The notes under the pieces: generated by a model
The model's input: only the letters and a program-made list of their open reading frames with translations
What the model was told of the DNA's origin: nothing
Database searches by the model: none
Position numbers and translations under genes: made by a program
Origin: Felis catus
Lineage: Eukaryota
NCBI RefSeq assembly: GCF_018350175.1
Contig: NC_058383.1
Coordinates: 8,682,001 to 8,746,000 of the forward strand
DNA length: 64,000 bases
Reading direction: 5' to 3'
Part shown: piece by piece, positions 22,925 to 34,777 of the stretch
Position numbering within the stretch: position 1 is the first letter of the stretch
Layout: each line of letters opens with the position of its first letter

Positions 22925-23000
22925 TTATCCTAGACAAGTCATTTCCTCTCTCTGGACCTGTTTCCTCATCTGTAAAATGAGGTAGCAGGGCTGGGACAGC
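22925..23000 (+). mobile_element. MIR core fragment
   Basis: gacaagtcatttcctctctctggacctgtttcctcatctgtaaaatgagg. Confidence 0.75.
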
Positions 23001-23058
23001 CACAAAATCCTTGGGGTAATGCAGTTCGAAGATTCTTCTGTTACTTGGGGTAACCGCA

Positions 23059-23546
23059 CAGACGGTCCCGACTCACAGCGGCTCAACTTAGGATTTTTCC
23101 GCTTTGCCAGCGTGATAACGCATTCAGGAGAAACCGTACTTTGAATGTTGAATTTCGGCCTTTCCTTCCCGGGCTGGCGGTGGAGCGCTTGCTGCCTCGC
23201 AGTGCTGGGCAGCGACAGCCACAGCCCCCAGCCAGCCAGCCAGCCAGCCAGCCACGCGCCGCCGGCCCTCCTGTGCCCAGGCAGCCGCTCTGCTTCTCGC
23301 CTTCCGTGCGGCATCCGGTACCTTCCATGAGACGTTCAACGCTCCATTGTCCAATAGGCTTTGTGCGAGGTGATTTTTGCTCAACTGCCGGCTATCGTAG
23401 GTGTTCCGAGCACGTTTAAGGTAGGCGAGGCTGCTACGCTCCGGTGCTTGGTAGGTTAAGTGTGTTAAATACGTTTTCCACTTAGGATATCTTCAACTTA
23501 ACGATTTTATCAGGATGTAACCTCATGGTAAGTCCTTAAAGATTTG
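23059..23546. mobile_element. TcMar-Tigger fossil (MER47/Tigger5-like)
   Basis: cagacggtcccgact...cgcattcaggagaaaccgtactttgaat at the left end; aataggctttgtg...gagcacgtttaaggtaggc...ggtaggttaagtgtgttaaat...caggatgtaacctcatggtaagtc at the right end. Confidence 0.85.
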
Positions 23547-25317
23547 TAATGCCTTGGGCTTTTAGCCTCCCCCCACACTCCCCCCCCACCCCCGTCTTCA
23601 CATAAAAATTAAATGGTAGGGGATTCCCATATCAAATGACTATTGAAATATGAGAATCAAAAGACCAAGACCACGGTTCACGCGGAACTCCTGGTCAACC
23701 CTGTCCGGGCTTGCCATTGCTTTTTAAGTGGCTCCGAACCCTGGACACATGGGTGGTGAGGGCACAGGAAGGGCACCTAGAACCTTTTGGCCCTTTCCTG
23801 GATATCCCTACGGTCCGAGCGGGAGGCAGAGGTGTGGAGGAGCAGATCCGGAGGCTGACCTCAGCTCTGCAGCTCACCGGCTCTGTGGCCTTGACCCCCT
23901 CTCATCCCCCTTCCGTTCTCGGTCAAGAGGACTGTCCGGGCCACCACGGTGGCCGTGAGCACCCGGCAGCTGGCGGCCCTCGGTCCCCTCAGGAAGGTAC
24001 ACCACGTGGGCTGAGTACAATCCGGATTTCCCTGAGCCTGAGAAACAGAAAGCTGGAGCTCAGATGAGGGACCTGGAGTTGTTTTAGAAACAAAAGTGAC
24101 CAGCTCCTACTTTCTGAAATTTCACCTCCATTTTTACACAAGTGGAATCCTCACAATAAAGCAAAATCTGATGCCAGGTTGGTCCTGGATTCTCGGCCGA
24201 ATTTCCTGCATTTTCAGCGTGAGGGTTTATAGAATCATCTGCTTTCAGTGGTTGAAAGGAACTTAAGATGTACCAGCTATTTCGAAGTTGTGAAGCAGAG
24301 ACTAAAATAGTTGGAAGTTGAATTTTAAGCCTCTTTTGGCCGGATCAAAGAAACCCAAACTTCTAAAAATACCAAATTAGCTTTTTAAGCATAGTTTCTA
24401 TCTTTAGTTGGAAAATGTGTGCAGTGTATGCTCCTGGAGCCTACTTAAATGTATCCATTGAAATGAGCATTTACCTTGGAAAATGAGGCGTTTGGCCTGG
24501 GCTCATACTGAAGTCCTTTTCTCTGCCCCCGACGTCCCTGGCCCCCCGAGTCAGGATTCCACGGTATAGACGGGCCTCTCGCCTTTGCCTTAGTTCATCC
24601 CTGTCCTCTCGCCGGAGTTGGTCGTGGGATCGATCATACTTTTGAAAACCTCCGTGAGCAGACGTGGGAAAGAACTTTCAGTTTACGTGCCATAAATTAA
24701 AATGGATGTTCCTGCTGGGGCATAATCTGAAGCGTTTGTATTTGGGTTTCAAATGTGTTCCGTGATGCTCTTAGCAGCAGATTGGCCTTTGTCATCGCTG
24801 TGCTTGTTCAGATTCAAGTTTGTCTTTATTTTCCCAAACCAGCCTGGACTGGCCGTTGCAGAAAATGGCCCAGAATCCTGTTGAGTGATGGGGGCCAGGG
24901 GACCTGGGCTAGAAAACATGGGGCAGAGTGTTCACAAGGAGTGGACTTGACTTTCAGCACTTCTATTACAGATGCTTTGGAGACAAAGCGTTTTTGCCAT
25001 ACCTAGTTGGCCATGGCCGTGGGGCCTGACCTGTGGTCACTGAGGGAAACACTCGCTCACATACAGCCAGATGGGGGCACAGGAGCATCGGCTGGGGGCT
25101 ATGTTCCCAGGAACGCGGAGCCTGATCTCCAAGAGTGCGACGTAGTCTCCCCAGGCCTCTGCCGAACATCTCGAGCTTTCGCGTTCCCGGTCCAGACCGG
25201 CCCTTGGGTCAGCTGACCTCCTTGGGGCTGTCTGGGGACTTGGGGTGGGATCTCCACCAGTTTTGCCTTGTTCGGAGGAGAGAGGATCGGGGAGGAGGGG
25301 CAGTGAAAAATGGGAGT

Positions 25318-25553
25318 TTTCTGAAGCACCTGCTTTGTGCCAGGCACCAGGCTGAGCACGTGCATGCACGTCAGCCAATTAAACGCTCACGACAACCGTG
25401 GAAAGATCCTTTCCCCCTTTTGCATCTGAGGAGAAGGTGAGGCTCAGAGAGGGCCCTGGCCTCCCAAGGTGGTGGGGCTGGTAAGCAGTGGAGCTGATAC
25501 TGAGCCCCGGCTCATCTGACCCTACAACCATGCTTTTGCCACGACGCTATTCC
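25318..25553 (-). mobile_element. MIR (near full length)
   Basis: gcacctgctttgtgccaggcac...ctcacgacaacc...tgaggctcagagagg...cccaaggt...gctggtaagcagtggagctg. Confidence 0.8.
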
Positions 25554-28074
25554 CGTCCCGATCGCGTTCTGTCTGCTTTCAAAAAGATTTCACAGAGAGA
25601 ACGAACAAGGCGGTGGGGCTGGGAGCGAGTGGGGAAGGAAGAAGAAACAAAGGGAGGGGAAAACAGTGACGGGGCCCAACGCTGGGTAACCATCCAGTTC
25701 TGGTTCCAGGCCTCGTATGCTTCATAGCGGTGAGAAGCGGTCCCTGCTTGAGCTTCCTAGCATCCAGTGCAAAGAGGGCGACCAGATGGGTCACGTGACT
25801 CCTACTATCCATGAGCTAAAAACGGAGTATTTGTGTGGGAAGAGCATAGCTCCTCTGGTACTGGTTTGTGTCTGGATTTACGAGGTGTGGGAGACACGTT
25901 CTGATTTTAGATGCAGGGCAAATGTGGCGTAGAAAATCGTGATCGTTAGAAACAGAGAACTCTGCCTGTCTGAAGGTTCTTGGTTCCCTCTTCTTAGGTA
26001 CATACTGTTTTGGGACAGGGAGGTTTATGAGAATTTTCTTGGCTACCGATAACAGCATCTGATGCTGTCTGGGTGACGATCGGGGTCGGGGTGGGGGCTG
26101 TCTCACGGAGCCCACGCCACAAACAGCCTGGAAGGGGGCGGAGCCCCGCGGAGCCCGCGCCGAGGAGTCCTCCGACCCTCGGCGCATGTGCACATCCTGG
26201 CTCTCCCTGGACTCCGGCTCTGCCGGCGACCTGCTTCGGCTGCGTTCGCGCGGTGGAACGATGCCCTCGGCGCATCCTGTGTACCCGTGACCTTGCGTTG
26301 AGCCGCCAAGACGGGGAGAGGCTCCCTTGCTCCTCACAGCCCTTAGTTTCGTTTCTAGAACTTCAGAGCAGGACCCTGACCCAGCGCGGGGCCGCCGTCT
26401 CCTTCAGACCGGTGTGCACCGGCCCCCATTGGGCGTCGGGAGCCCGTTCCCTTCTCCACATGCGGAGATGCGGCCTCGCGCCTTCAAGGAGTCATGACTT
26501 CCTGTCCCCACTGACCCGGACAGCGTTCTCATCAGTGACCGTAGGGTGACAAGCTCTGGATCTCATGACTGACCAATCTAACCAGCTACCGCCTTCCTTT
26601 ATTTGATTCTAAAACTGATACCGGGGCGTTAGAGGATTGCTTTTCAGGCAGCTGAAGTCCCTGCTTGTGCGCCTGGGGCGTGATTCCGGAGGGAAGGAGG
26701 AGATTCCTCCTCTGTGCTTGTCCAGGCGCTCAGGCCCGTGGAGCGCTTCTGGGTGTCCGCACAGCTGGGCCTGCTTCCCCCCAGCCGGGTGCCTTCGGAT
26801 TTCCCGTGTGGCCTCAAGTCGCCTCGTGACCTTCCCCGCTCCGTGTCCCCGGCCCCCAGGTGACATCGGCTCCCGCCCCGTGGCTCTGCGGCCCCGGGCA
26901 GGACACATCTCCTGCTCTTGGCCCAGCCCCTGGAAGGCACTCGTTTCCTAGGAGAGGCTGGCCTCAACCCCGACAAGCCGGTGCCGGGACGCGGTGTGCT
27001 GATTGGAGCATCGGGGGCCGCACGAGTCCCCTGCCTTTCGCTTTGACCGTTTGGATTAGGTTTGCTAGACACACCCACAGGAAGCAAGCTCACTTCGTTA
27101 AGTGCACACTCACCCAGTGTCCCCAAACTGACCGTGTCCTTGTCATCAGCACCCAGAGCAGGAATGTTACCAGCACCCACAGAAGCCCGTGGAATTGGAA
27201 AAAGGTTTACAGGAAGGAGGAAAGCAAAACGGTCTTCACAGACTCCCTTATGGGACAGGCTCTGGCACACTTTTCCCCTGGCCCCAAACCCTCATTTGGA
27301 AGATTAGGAGTCCGACCCGGAAGGGATGAGTGGCTTGACCAGAGGCCGGGGCCACGGAACCAGCTCTCCCCAAATCTCAGTTCAGTGCTCTTTTCCGTAA
27401 ACCACAGTGGTGAGCGTTTTTCAATTCTCTCTTCATCTCTTATAGATTGTTAGGAGATGAAATGCCATATTAATATTTTCAAAAGTTCTCAAGAAATTTG
27501 AAGTGCGGTATAATGATTAAGATGGAAGCTAGGATACGAGAGCTTTTAATCCCAGCTCACAGGAAATTCTAACTAGTAGGAAATCTAATTCAGGCCGTCC
27601 TGGGAAACATCACACGCTCTGAGATGAAAGTCAGCTAAATTGGGATCTAATTCTATAATCTAAATATAGATGTAGATATATTACAGGTTGGCCTTTTCAG
27701 CTCGGGAGAGGATCATTCACTTTAAAAAGTGCCTTTTGTGTCAGGAGAGCTGGTGGCCGTGGTGACGGCTCAGAAGGGCAAGGAGGGGCCTTTGCTATTT
27801 TATTCCTCAGTCTTTCTTAAATCGTATAATAAGAATGCATTTGTACATTACATGTGTAATACACGAATGGAAAGGACAGGAGGGAAGACGGAGTGTGTTC
27901 AGGTCCTGGGGTTCAGCCACCAAGAGGGAGCGTTTTGGGGCGTGGACGGGGGAGGTTTTCAGGTGGCGCTTGCCTTTCCTGCCGTGGTGACCGTGGCAGA
28001 TGAAGGTGGTCAGCTGCCCCCGATCCGTGGGACACAGAGACCCTCCCGAAGTCACTAGCTGTTAGCCATTGTGT

Positions 28075-28870
28075 GGCAGGGGCTCTTTTATTTACAAAAT
28101 GTTCTATCACAAAATTAACATGCTCATAAACATGAAACCACTTGCAGATTCGCGTAACCTAAGAAAAAGGTAAAGTCCCCTCTCTGTCCCATGTTTCTGA
28201 GGTCACCACCATTAATTACATAGCATGTGCCTATTTATTTTGATGGTTGTTTTCCCCTATTTGAACATAAAGACCAGGATCTTCTCTTTTGTTCACAAGG
28301 TCACTCAGGCACCGGGAAGAGCGTGTTGCACGCAGTAGGTGGCACATAAATGTCCGTGGGACAAGTCCATGCTGCGGCGGGCATCTTTGTACATGAGCCC
28401 TTGACCCTTGGTGCAGGAACTGCTTGTGGATGGATTTACTTAGGTGCGAAATCACTGGGCCGTAAGATTCGCATGTGGTTTCCTTTTGCTGGTTCTCTCA
28501 GTCATCAAAATGGCATCCCCTCAGTTGTCACTCCTCACCAGGTCACAGAAGAGACAGTGGGACTGTCCTTTTCCTCACACCCCACCAGTACTGGCCATGT
28601 GTCTGCTGTTACGTCTTCCACTAGTAAAAAATATATATATATTCCTTCAAGTTCACGTTTCATCAGTCAGCAGTCAGGTTGGTCCTTTGGCGTGTCTCAG
28701 CCCGTGGCGTCTCTCGTGTAAACTGCCTCTTGACCTTCGTTGCCCATTTTTCTCGCGAGTTGCTTGCCTTGTCTTGGTTCTCACTGGCTTTCAGAGTGAA
28801 TGTTATTTAATTCTTCCTCTCTTATGTATTACAGACATTTCCCCCCAATCTATCATTTGCCTTGTAAATA
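28075..28870 (-). mobile_element. Ancient L1ME fragment(s)
   Basis: catctttgtacatg...gatttacttaggtgcgaaatcactggg...; cctcacaccccaccagtactgg; ccttcgttgcccattttt...; acatttccccccaatct...atttgcctt. Confidence 0.65.
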
Positions 28871-29739
28871 CAAACATTTTTTTATGATGTTCTCTTACAG
28901 CAGTGGAAGAGTTCTGGTTTTTCGTTGGGTTTTTTTTTTCCCCCCAAGTCGGAGAGCGAATTTTCCCAGTGCAGTATCCTTTTAAATACTCTGAATCAAA
29001 GAGAAGAAAGGTTGGTCTCTGAGAGATGGGGCTTGGGAGCCAAAAATATGCAGAGCAATTTTAATTTAAAAACCCAGACGGGAGCAGGCGTTTGAAATGA
29101 ATTTCCCCTAAAAGCCAAAACTTGTAGAAATGATAGCCCGAGGGCTTTCCAGAGAGCCGTAATGAGCATTCCTGCGATCAGCCTTGACTCTTTCCCTTAC
29201 TCTTTCCGGGCAGCCACCAAGGAGCTGAGGACTAGTGTGAACGTGGCGGCGTTGTGGCATTTAGGACGGTGGCGTGATCACACGGGCCGACACGCTCTAA
29301 ACTCGCGTCGGTCCGTCTGCCGCGCCTCATCACGCCCGAGGTGTGCGCATCCCGCGTCCCGCTTTGTACACCTGTCCCGCGCATCACAGTTCGGAGGAAA
29401 CAGAAGTCACCGTAACTCACATTACAGAGAATTGTTTAAATTAGCCTCGGCTCCCTTGAGTGGATACCGAAACTAGAATTTGAATACGCTTTTCCTTTCT
29501 TGCTTTTCACTTCCCCTTAACCCACGCAGCTCAGACCCTACAGCCACCTTCCCCTGGGCCACGGGGCCCCGTGAGAGGGGCACCCTGGGCCTCGCTCACT
29601 GAGCCACGGCCGGTGCCAGCCCAGCACCTGCCCCAGGCTGTGCCCTGCCGTTCCTTCCCCTGCCCCCGCCCTGGCCCCGGGAGTCCCCAGTGCTCACACC
29701 CCAGGCTCACGTCCTTATCCTGTGACACTGGCACACGTT

Positions 29740-29900
29740 GTCTCGCATATTTTTTCCCTTTTCTGCCTGTCTACGCAGACAGACCGGAACGATAGTCCCA
29801 GGAGAGCAAAGGGACCCTTTATGGTCATTTCACGGCTGCACCTCCAGCCCCCAGCACAGAGCCTGGGATGTAATAGGTGCTCAGTAAATACCAGCCGACT
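29740..29900 (+). mobile_element. L2 3' end
   Basis: ctccagcccccagcacagagcctgggatgtaataggtgctcagtaaata. Confidence 0.7.
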
Positions 29901-31399
29901 AGCTGGCTAGATCTTCTGGTGGGGGGAATGATGACTGATGATTACAAGTTACAGAGGGGCTATCCGCCCTTTCCCATAAAGCCGGGAGTGCCCATTTAAT
30001 TGCAGAGGGACTTAGCTCCTGGACAAGCCGTACAGATGTAAGCTCTCAGAGGAGGAGTGCTTTTACTACTCAGAAAATGTTCCAGGTGATGAGTGGAGAG
30101 ACACCGGCGTGCCCTAGCCTGTGAGGCTGGAAAATTGGGTTCTGGGCTGGAGGAGCAGGCGGGGGCCCTCTGGGGCAGGCCGGTGTCTAGGGCCCCTGGA
30201 GAGAAGAGGGGCTTGACGGGGAGACCCCAGGGGCTCTCCCCCTGAGCAGGTTATCTCACACAGAGGCAGAACCAAGTTTGAATTTGGTAGTGCTTAGAAG
30301 TTTGAATGTTTGGCAGAAGCCCGAGTTAATGCAATAGCGTGAGAAATTGATGTTATTGGATTTTGAATTGCAGTCAGATAAGCCTTATAATTAATTATCA
30401 GTGTACTATTATAAATCAAGTGTTGGGTTAAAAGGATCACGTCTAGGGTCTCGCCCATAGAATAGCAACGCAGAAACAGCTCCAAAGAGAAGATTCCTCG
30501 GGATTGACTCCCCAGTGGCCCTTAATCAGCCTGTGTGTTTGGGCAAGATCGTCCCCCGTCACCGGGTCCCGGTTTCTTATGTCCTCACTCATTGTGTTCA
30601 TTCAGCCAGTGTGTTTTGGGCAGTCTGTGGCTGCCAGGCCCAGTGGGAGGTGCGGGAGTGCAGTGAGCAGGGACTCACCGGCTGAATGGAGGGGCTTTGG
30701 TCCAGCCCTAAGCTCGTGAAGCAGGGACCCACAGGAGCGCTCCAGGCCGAGGGTAGTGTGATTAACATCGCGATAAAAAAAGGGCTTCTATCCTGCTGCC
30801 TCTCAGGAATACAAGACCTTACAGAGTGAGCACTTCTGTGTTAGCAGATCAGACCAGTGCTCTGCCTGGCACTGGAGCAGAAAATGACAATGCGGAGCAA
30901 GTGGTAGATTGGTTCCCGGGCAGGCCCTGAGACTTTGGCTTCTCCCCTCTTCTGACCCGAGGGACAGCTGCTGTGATGTTGATGGCCTCCCTGTGCCCTT
31001 CGTCAGCTCTTCACTGTGTACGTTCCCCTGCCAGCCAGTCCTCAGGGTTAACTCTGTGGTCGGGGAGGTCCCGGAAGCCACAGCTCCCTGCATCGTTCAG
31101 GGCTTTCTCCCCAAGATGAGTGCACTGGTCCTTTCTCTCCTCTCTCCTAATCCAGCCTTTGGACACAATTTTCTCGGTACTTAAACGCCAGAGTTTTTGT
31201 TTTCTGATTTTGAGCCACCAAGTTATATTCTGTGTCTTGGAATTTTGAAAATAAACAGAAAATTAACGTGTGAACGGCCGGCTTGGCCTAGGGGGCGCTA
31301 CAGACACCCCTCACTTGCTCCAGGAGCTGAGCAAGTTTAGGTCTGTGGCGCGAACACTCCCCTGCTCCTTTTCGGGAATCCTGACCCGGCACTATGGTC

Positions 31400-31595
31400 C
31401 CCAGCCCCCCTCCCTTACTCGGCTGTATTTTCTCCGTCGCATTTAACTGTCTCCTGACACGTCATCTATCTGTTCGACACCTGTGTTTCCCCATTAGGAT
31501 GTAAGTTCCGTGAATACAAACACTTGTTTGGTTTCTGTTTCCGCCATAGTGCCTGGCACGTAGCAGGCCTCGGAATATCGGTTTGATAAATGATG
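31400..31595 (+). mobile_element. L2 3' end
   Basis: ctgtgtttccccattaggatgtaagttccgtga...catagtgcctggcacgtagcaggcctc. Confidence 0.7.
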
Positions 31596-32868
31596 GAGAT
31601 CAACTCAGGACACAGACAGCGAGTCTGGCCTGAGCTTCACGGAACCACCAATTGCTTAGTGGCCGAACGAGGGTGGCGGGCCATTCCCAGGAGGGGCTCT
31701 CCGTCACTCTCCTTGACAGATGCGTGTTTATAGAAATTACATCTAGAAGATTCTGAGTGGTATCTAAGTCGTGGATACAGATGTCAGGAACCCTGAAGTC
31801 TCGAGTCTCGAGACTCTAACGAAACCAGGAATGTTGCCTGGTCACCTTCGCAGGAGGGAGGGTCGGCAATTGTTTTCTGTATTCACCAGAATGACCTACA
31901 ATCTGAAAGTGGCAGGAAAGGAAGAAAACCGAACCCCGAGAGGCTTATGCAAGTATATCTGTGCAGGTATCTTCTTGCCTGCTGATGGCTGGATTTTCTC
32001 TTTATTACCTGCGTTTCAGGCTAAAAGGTATGAGTCAGCTATGGCCAATAACACACCAATAAAAAAGGGTTTGCCCTCAGAGATTTCTCTTCTTCCAGAG
32101 TTGGGAGGGTTGTCAGCGTCCGCAAAAAGCAGGAGTAAGGTCTGCTCTGTGCTCCTGGGCGGAGAAGCCCCTGCTGGCTCGCCCTTCATCCCAACAGCAG
32201 CACTGCGGACACCGCGGTTCCCCAAAGTGCTCCCCTCACCCAGACGACGCGGCCCAGAGAATGTGGCTCTGCTCGGACGCAGTGTGGACTGTAGGTGTTC
32301 CGGATATGAACTCTCTAATGCCGACACATGTGTTCTCCTTAAAGCGATTATTCTGAGGGTGGCAGCCTCTGTTTTAGAAAGCAAACCTTGAAAAAGAAAA
32401 AGCAAAAGCAAGCCCATGGGCAGCCTCTTCCCCCCCCCCCCCCCCCCGGGAGCCTGGCCTGCTGCCCCCACCGGCGGCCGTCCCTCCCTCCCTCCCTCCC
32501 TCTGTGGGCTGAGACGTGAAGTCTCTTGGTGCCCCTGACGCCCCACACCTGTTGCTGTTGTTCACACTCAACAGCCACTTAGGAGTCATCGTGGCCAGTG
32601 GACTGGAAGGTGTTGGGCGTGGGCCCCGCGTCGTAATTTGTCCTGATTTCCTTGCTGGTTAGCGCATAGGTGCGCCTCCCAGGAGTAGGGCAGGCGGGTG
32701 GTTCAACTTTCTAAACCTGTTTCCTAATCCATGCGTTGTACCCACACTGCAGGATGGTTGGGTGTGCAGGTCCTCGTGCACAAAGGGTGCTCAGTAAATA
32801 TTTTCTTCCCTCTTTTGTGGCCTTCATTCTCAAATGCTCAGATTGTCCTCTTAAAAAAATTGCTCGTG

Positions 32869-33081
32869 GGGGCGCCTGGGTGGCTCAGTCGGTTGAGCTT
32901 CCGACTTCGGCTCAGGTGTGATTTCCAGGTTCGTGAGGTCGAACCCCGCCTCGGGCTTGCTGCTGGCAGCACAGAGCCCCCTTTGGGCTCTTCTCTCTGC
33001 CCCTCCCCCGCTCGTTCTTTCTCTCTCTCTGTGTGTGTGTGTGTCTGTCTCTCTGTCTCTCAAAAATAAACATTAAAAAAA
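32869..33081 (+). mobile_element. CAN-SINE
   Basis: ggggcgcctgggtggctcagtcggttgagc...caaaaataaacattaaaaaaa; degenerate TSD taaaaaaa(g)ttgct. Confidence 0.93.
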
Positions 33082-33819
33082 GTTGCTTCCGACAGCAACA
33101 TGCCCTGTACCCTATTGGGCTGTTTTTACTTAACCTTTTTCATGAGTGTCCCGTGGGACTGGGTTTTCAAGGCCATGCACCGCCCCCCCCCCCCGACCGC
33201 CGCATTTTCACATGGCGCAGGCCCCGCAGCGGGAGGTGGCCCCCGCCTGGGAAAGCTAGACATCAGTGAAAAATGCTGGGGGTGCTTGGCATCCGCAGAA
33301 CCTGGTCGTAAAACCGGTGCGTTCTCAGGACAAAATGAACACTGTTAAAAATAAAACGTGCGTGCGAGAAGAAATACATTTGAATACGAGGGCACTGCAA
33401 ACAGTTTCGCAAGGTATTAAGATCGCATTAATCTTAATTTTATTATATATTAAAGTTTCTAACTTTTCAAATAATGCAGTTTTCGTTGTTTTAAACCGTC
33501 TGAGAATTATAGAGCTATTTGGTGTGGCTGTCAGGCAAGGACTCCTGCCATTTATTGGGGCCCTGGTTTTATTTAATAGCCAGATGAATGGAACAGTTAA
33601 TAAAAGAAATATTGCTTTATTCCCTGACATTTATGTCCTTGGTTTCCAATAAAGAATTGAAATTATGAATAGTTGATGGTTTAAATTGATGTTTTATGTT
33701 GAACGCTAGCTATAATTTGCCCTCTGAGGATTGTAATACCGAGAAACAGATGGTTTTTCACAGTAACAAATTGCTATGTGTATACAGTCTATAGTCTTGG
33801 CTTTCAGATACTTTCACCT

Positions 33820-34300
33820 TCGGTTCCGCGCCGCCCTGCTGCTGGCCGACCAGGGGAGACGCGGCGGCGCTGGGAAGGGCTTCCCGCGCCGGGGTGGGGA
33901 CACAGCCAGGCCCCCGGGGTTCGGGGGCGGATCAGATGGGAACCCAGGAAGTGCTGGGCCCCAGATGCTGCCGGTACCTGCACCGCGGGCCCAGCCTGGG
34001 AGCCGGGGCCAGGAGGAGCCGCCGGCCTTCGGGAGACGCCCCTCCCAGGTTACGGTGGCGGCTCTGAGGCGGCACTACCGCGTGTGACATTCGGATGCCA
34101 CGGGCACTGCCGACCTCACCGTCCTTCTGGAACAAGCGGCGAGACGCAGGGGAGGCGACTTGCTGCATTTTGCGGGACAGACACTGAGAGCTCGGGCCCT
34201 GGAGCCAGGTGGCCCGAGGCCCTGGCCTGACTGCCACCGGCCGGCCCGGCGACCTTGGGGACGTGCCCTGATCTCACGTCCCTCCGTCTGTAAAATGTGA
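33820..34300. promoter_or_regulatory. CpG-island-like segment
   Basis: High GC with dense CpG (ccgcgccgcc, gacgcggcggcgc, cccgcgccgg, ggggcgga GC box). Function is not shown, and the whole window is CpG-rich. Confidence 0.3.
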
Positions 34301-34405
34301 ATGACGGCAGGAGCCGCCTCCCTGTTACAGGGATTGAATGAGATGATCCCATAAAACAACAGGAGGCACCGTGCAGGGTTCGAAGTACGGTGCCCGGTAA
34401 ATGAT
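34250..34405 (+). mobile_element. MIR
   Basis: gaccttgggg...ccctccgtctgtaaaatg...gggattgaatgagatgatcc. Confidence 0.6.
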
Positions 34406-34565
34406 GGCGGGGGTGCTGCTGAGCTGGGCCAACAGGAATTACAAGGCAGAGAGCGCCAGCATGGTCGTGAGCCCCGCAGAGCCTCCTTGTTCATCGGAGC
34501 AAGTGCCCGCACCGGTTGCTTCAACAGCCGTGTGTGAGGGCTGCAGACGTGTACTTTCTAGAACG

Positions 34566-34777
34566 CTGAAAAAATTTATCTATCTATCTATTTATTTATT
34601 GGGAGAGAGAGTACGAGTGGGGGAAGGGCAGAGAGAGAGGGAGACACAGAATCTGAAGCAGGCTCCAGGCTCTGAGCTGCCAGCACAGAGCCCGACGCGG
34701 GGCTTGAACCTACGAACCGTGAGATCATGACCTGAGTCGAAGTCAGATGCTAAACCGACTAAGCCACTCAGGCACCC
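34566..34777 (-). mobile_element. CAN-SINE with 14-bp TSD
   Basis: TSD tactttctagaacg at 34552-34565 and 34778-34791. Confidence 0.96.

Noticed and set aside
22978..23000. tgaggtag let-7-like seed (also tggaatgta near 51902 and aacattca near 4822)
   Set aside because: Only the seed matches; there is no mature-sequence identity or hairpin, and the first lies in a MIR.
26050..26530. CpG-dense stretch as a promoter CpG island (also 3780-4330, 29230-29420, 37800-38400)
   Set aside because: CpG is high across the whole window, including inside ancient repeats, so it does not indicate a promoter; no first-exon structure seen.
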